Made by a program: the position numbers and the translations under genes. Source: Laetmonice hystrix (lineage: Eukaryota). Taken from it: a stretch of 64,000 bases of DNA. Each line of letters starts with the position of its first letter. Within the stretch, counting starts at the first letter, position 1. Positions 54,401 through 60,400 of the stretch are shown piece after piece. Under the pieces are notes generated by a model that saw only the letters and a program-made list of their open reading frames with translations, ran no database searches and had not been told where the DNA came from. The stretch lies in assembly GCA_965235115.1 (NCBI GenBank), contig OZ249441.1, positions 15,066,001 to 15,130,000 on the forward strand. Direction: 5' to 3'.

Positions 54401-57400
54401 ATGACAGACATCCTATAACTCTACCTGCAGCAAATGCCAGGTAGGTCATGAAATACATCCTATAACTCTACCTGTATCCAATGTCAGGTAGGTCATGACA
54501 GACCTCCCATAACTCCACCTGTATCCAATGTCAGGTAGACTATACTATAGCCCAGTTTCACTAACACCTTCAACCAATTTTATAGATAGGTCAGTCGTCT
54601 TCTGTACCAGAAGAATAGCGGGGTAATATTTTCTCTTTCTCCTAGACCCAGCATGTCTGCTGCCGACCGACTACAAAGGAAGACCAAGGCTGATAGAAAA
54701 CAGGAACACAAGTCTACACCTGTACCTGCCACCCTGGAAGTCAGGCCCTAACTGTTCTAACATTAGCCTACCTAAGGTACTCTACAAGGTTCACTATTGG
54801 GAGTTCAACGGCTCGGAGGATACCCATACCTGCTCAGACGACAAGAAAAAGTGTCAAGTTAAGGTCAGTGGCGTATCCAGGGGGGTTTCCAAGTATCCCG
54901 GAAGCCCCCCCCCCCTTAAAAAAATTACTATGTTAAGGACATTTTGGTAAAAAAAAAAGGGGGTGTAAAATGCATTATTTTAACCAAAGGAAACCTTCAT
55001 ATTTCCACACAAGATGTCCCGAGATTGCATTATTTGATGTCTTTTGTTAAATTTCCTAGAGGAGCATGGCCTAATGGCCATCTCTGAAGTACCTAAACTT
55101 CGGAAATCCCCCTTAAAAAATTTTGATACGCCACTGAAGGTCGGCATCAGTCCCTTGTGGTTTAATTGGAAAACAATGTCATTCTGCGCTTTATTTGAAT
55201 TATTTATCTGAAATATTTGAATGTTTAAGTAAAAGTAGCCGGTAAATGTCCTGTGCTTCAGATGACGTACGACAGCAGTGTGACGTTGGATGGCCTCAAG
55301 CCGTTCCAGAAGTATTTTGTAGAAGTGACAGCGGAGAACCACCACATGCAGAAGTATAAAATACCTGCTAGTGTTGGGGAACCGACCAAATTTATAACTG
55401 CGCCAGGAGGTACGTGTAGTCTGGAGATACTAATCAATGCCTTTTTATCTCGTATCTCATCAAATTTAATTCATTTTGTTCATCTTGTTCATTTTGTTTT
55501 GTGTCACAAATATAAATGTAGCGGTATTTTCCCTTTTCTTGGCACTAAATGTACACCTGAACAAAAGCACCTACTCTAAAAAGCACCACTCCATAAAAGT
55601 ATCCAGCAATGTAGAGTTTCTAAAGTTTTGATTGTTTTCGTCCTACTTCAGTTCCTTCCGCACCAAGAAACGTGAGAGCCATAGCCGTCGACCCAAGGTC
55701 AGTGAAGATATTCTGGGCGGAGCCTGCACAACCTAACGGAGAGCTGCGCGGCGTGTCATACCAGTTACATTGGGGTGAACGGGTTATTGTACCAGAGGTC
55801 AAACTACTGGGGATTTATGAGGGAAAGAACACACAATCCTACAGTTACACGCTCTCAGGCCTCAGCTCACATACCAAGTATTACTTCAAGGTGATCTTTG
55901 ACATTAGTAAATCCAGTATTTGAGAGTATAATCTAACCTTAACTTGTATATTGTAATTGAAGAATTGGATGAAAGACTATTGCTTGGGAATTCTGATTTT
56001 TGTCGCCGGGAGTCGCTCTGGGCCATGGATCTGTTTCTGACTCTTTTGAAACTTTCTATCATCATGCCTCAGTATTGTTCTAGTGTTCAAGTGTTGATAG
56101 GCCTACTAGGCCCTATTGCTGAGAGATGCTAGCATCATTTGGACACTTCCCAGGTCGTCTTAAAGTACCGATACTTATAATCTTCTTGTTAATTTTGAGC
56201 CACAATACAGTTATAAATTTATACCTGAACCTTCTAATGAATTGTACATGGCCCTGATACAGGTTGTGGCCTACTTCTCCGAAAACCCGGCTATGGGAGA
56301 GAGCAGCAGTCAGACAGTCAGTGCCCAGACTTTCTCGGAGCCCAACCCGGTGGTGCTGGTCGACCGCGGCCAGGACTGGATCACGGTGGCTTGGCAAGCT
56401 CCCTCTGACGGATCGATTGTGAAACACATCCTGCAGTTCTCCAAGGTATGTGATAACACTCGGGTGGTCTACAACTCGTTTTAAACTTGGCGAATATCGG
56501 AATCTCTCCGTCCATTATAATGATTGGAATGGTGATTAAAGTTTGTAGATCCATCGGGAGTATAATGTTGGTTAGGGACCGTTGTAATTGTGACTTTGAT
56601 ATCCTATACTTAATAATGACACCAATGATTTTATCTAGTCCTGCGCTAGTTTGATACTTGACCTTGACACTGAGCCTTTTCTCATTCACGCCGGGAAAGT
56701 TTGACCAATCGTCATCTCTCATATCTATAAACCAAACACCAATCCCAACTTTAAATTCAGTTCCAATATCCGAAAGCTAACCCTATAGTGCGGACCCAGG
56801 GGACCTACCCCCCCCCCCCCCCCGCCACTTTCCTCCACTTACCCATGGACTGTATTATTGTTGGTATTGTCAGGGAGATGGTTGGGAGAGCCAGGGCCCG
56901 GCAGTCAGAGTCACCCAGGCCGGGATGGTATACAATGAGACAGCCACCAACCTGACGGCTGATACCAGCTACGACTTCACCATGGCCGTCTGGTACAATA
57001 CGACGGTGTCGAAACTCTACCGGTCCCAACCTCCGCAACACTTCATTACTACAGGTACGACCATCTCACTGAACGCAGTCGTTGGGAAATATGTAGCAAA
57101 AAGGGCTTGTTTCGGGGCAGGCGGCGTTTTCTCGAGGAGAAATGGTATTTTTGTCATTTTACCGTTAATTCAGGATACATTTAAATACCAAATCAGGCCT
57201 GGTGTCGTTTTATTAAAGTCAATTAGTCATTCATACCTGCGGCTCAAGTACCCGAAGTTAAAGTCACCCACATTTAATATCACATCACATGATGTCTGAC
57301 TGTGTTACGTAATTAGTACGTTGTCATGGTGATCAAGAATTAACTAATCTTTGATTTACAGCCGGTTACCCAGGGCAACCGGAGTCTCCGACGGTGACGA

Positions 57401-60400
57401 CCCGGTCAGATGATATCGCCGTGGTGAGATGGACCCCGCCGGATGATGGAGGTCTACCCATTGATCTCTACCGGCTGACCGTCAGGTGAGACCGGGCATC
57501 GGGTTGTCAAAACTTAAGATCTGGCTTAAGGTCAAGCTTAACGCTTCTGATTTGCTGCTTTGCTTCAGCCAGCATTTGGGGGGGGGGGGGTTTCACAAAC
57601 CCTGATCCATAAGAATCCCCCTCTATCAAGGACGAGCAACTTTAAAAAATCTTTAAAAAATCTGACATCTTTGATTCCATTCAATACTATGTTTACGCGC
57701 TGTTCTCTGTGTGACGTGGGTGTTTGACGTTTGGTGGTTTATGACGTCATCAGGCGGAGTGACGACACTAACTGGACGGTGGTATATAACGGAAGCAGTA
57801 CGGTATGGGAGGTTAGCGGCCTGGAGCTGGAAAGATCCTACGTGTTCAGGGTGGAGGCCCACAACTCCATGGGCTGGGGGTCTCCCTCACCCGGCAGTTT
57901 TCAACATACGTACACCCCGCCGCTTGCAAGTAAGTCCCTCTCACCGTCTCCAGGGGCGGGTCCAGGATTTTGTATTGGGGGAGAGGGGGTTGGTGACCCC
58001 CATATTTGCTGTGATGTTGGAAATGCTGGGGTATCCTCCCCCGAGAAAAAAAATAATTATAGCAAGTGAAGTTGGGGGCTTTACCCCACTATACGTTTTA
58101 ATGTTACAGGATCAGTAGGCATATTATATTTTCTTATTTTGTAAAATTCTTTTCATTATAATACTAGGCCCTATTATCTTTCCTCAAATACAAAGTGTGT
58201 GGCTGTCTTGTTCCAAGCTCCCGGATGTTTACTCTTCCACTGTATGTACGGTGGCCCAAAACTACAAAGTCTGCTGCACAGCAGCACCTCGGCAAACTGG
58301 TGTGTTCAACAGCAAAACTGTTCTGCTACACGGGGTCTTTCTGCTGCTCTGCGGTAGAAGTGCTGCGCCGCACGGATACTCTGTGCTGCTCCACGCCCAA
58401 GTGAGATGCTGCACACCAGTTGGAGGTGTTCCACGGTGTCTAGGTCCGTTAGTCCCACAGCCCAATTAATAGTCCCACAGCCCACTTTGGCTGTTGGACC
58501 AATGGACTGTCAGACCAACGGGAAAATATAACTAACCCTAAACCTAACCTTAACTCTAACCCATAGGGTGTACCGTCATGTAGCCTAAACAGAAACGACA
58601 GGTGCACGTACGGCAGTGTTAATTCCGTATTAATTAATTTCTGACATTTTCGATCACAGTTTTTCATGTGGTGTGGGCCCATTGGTCCGACAGCCCATTG
58701 GTCCGACAGCCCATTGGTCCGACACCCTATGGGTCAGAGTTAAGGTTAGGTTTAGGGTTAGTTATATTTTCCCATTGGTCCGACAGTCCATTTATCACAC
58801 CGTGCAGCACACTACTTGGTGTGCCGCACCACAGAGGTTTTGTGACGCAGACTAGTTTGCCCGTCGAGCACTATGAATTTACCGTGCAGTGCATAAATTT
58901 AACTGTGGAGCAGTTAAATCCAAAGTCACTTTGGTGGGAGAAACGGGAGTTTATTTGCTACAACCTACAACTCCAATACAAAATGTTCCATGGGCTTGCG
59001 CGCTGAAGACCTACTTATTCGGTACAACATTTGCCTCGAATGGATAAAGAAGCGCGCGACTGACCACACTTGTTTATGGTCAAATGCCAAGTAAACACAA
59101 GGCGCAACTTGCAGTATGTGCAACCGCTGTAGCCTACCGCCGGCTTTACATATTATAGCTGATTCATACAAAGGAAAGGCAGAAGCGCCACACACAAAAT
59201 AATCTACGAAGCGCGCACTAAGACAACCTCTTAAGTTTCAATGTAATCATGCACTGTTACATACACGCTGTCAATGTCAGAGTAATTGCTGTTACATAAC
59301 GCTGTCAACAAATAGCCGATATTTAAAGTGACGACTAGTGAACTTTACATACAGCCAACTAGCATCCTTAACAATAAGTCGGCTGAAGAATACTTTAACC
59401 TAATTATAAATGCTGCTAGACAAAAGATAAAACAGAAGCGCCGGCCATTAAACAACATTTTTGAAATAACATTCTGGTAGCTGTTTGCTTGAGAAACGCG
59501 CTCCTAATGAGTCTCGGATGGACATGTCTCTGCCCAGGTGTGGGAGGGTGGGAAAAGTTCAACTGCTCCGTACGAGCGCATGGAAGAAACTGATGCCTGG
59601 TATTAGTTTCACTGCATCTTTACATATCCCTCGTTAGTCACCGCTCTGAAGCTGTCCACACTGGTTTATTGTATATGCATCAAAGGCCAACTGACCCGTT
59701 ATTATGTAATCACATATGCCCAACGACTTCAACCTCCTAAACCCCGGAACGGTCGGGATTAATTACCACGCATGCTGGGTGACGTGGATTTAAACTAAGA
59801 TAAACTCCTTTTATCTCCCCTTAAATCCAAAGTCACTTTGGTGGGAGAAACGGGAGTTTATTTGCTACAACCTACAACTCCAATACAAAATGTTCCATGG
59901 GCTTGCGCGCTGAAGACCTACTTATTCGGTACAACATTTGCCTCGAATGGATAAAGAAGCGCGCGACTGACCACACTTGTTTATGGTCAAATGCCAAGTA
60001 AACACAAGGCGCAACTTGCAGTATGTGCAACCGCTGTAGCCTACCGCCGGCTTTACATATTATAGCTGATTCATACAAAGGAAAGGCAGAAGCGCCACAC
60101 ACAAAATAATCTACGAAGCGCGCACTAAGACAACCTCTTAAGTTTCAATGTAATCATGCACTGTTACATACACGCTGTCAATGTCAGAGTAATTGCTGTT
60201 ACATAACGCTGTCAACAAATAGCCGATATTTAAAGTGACGACTAGTGAACTTTACATACAGCCAACTAGCATCCTTAACAATAAGTCGGCTGAAGAATAC
60301 TTTAACCTAATTATAAATGCTGCTAGACAAAAGATAAAACAGAAGCGCCGGCCATTAAACAACATTTTTGAAATAACATTCTGGTAGCTGTTTGCTTGAA

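Noticed and set aside
58965-60102. Duplicated 76-aa ORF in the B repeats as a possible recombinase remnant
   Set aside because: No R-H-R-H/W-Y motifs; non-ATG start; simply part of the terminal repeat
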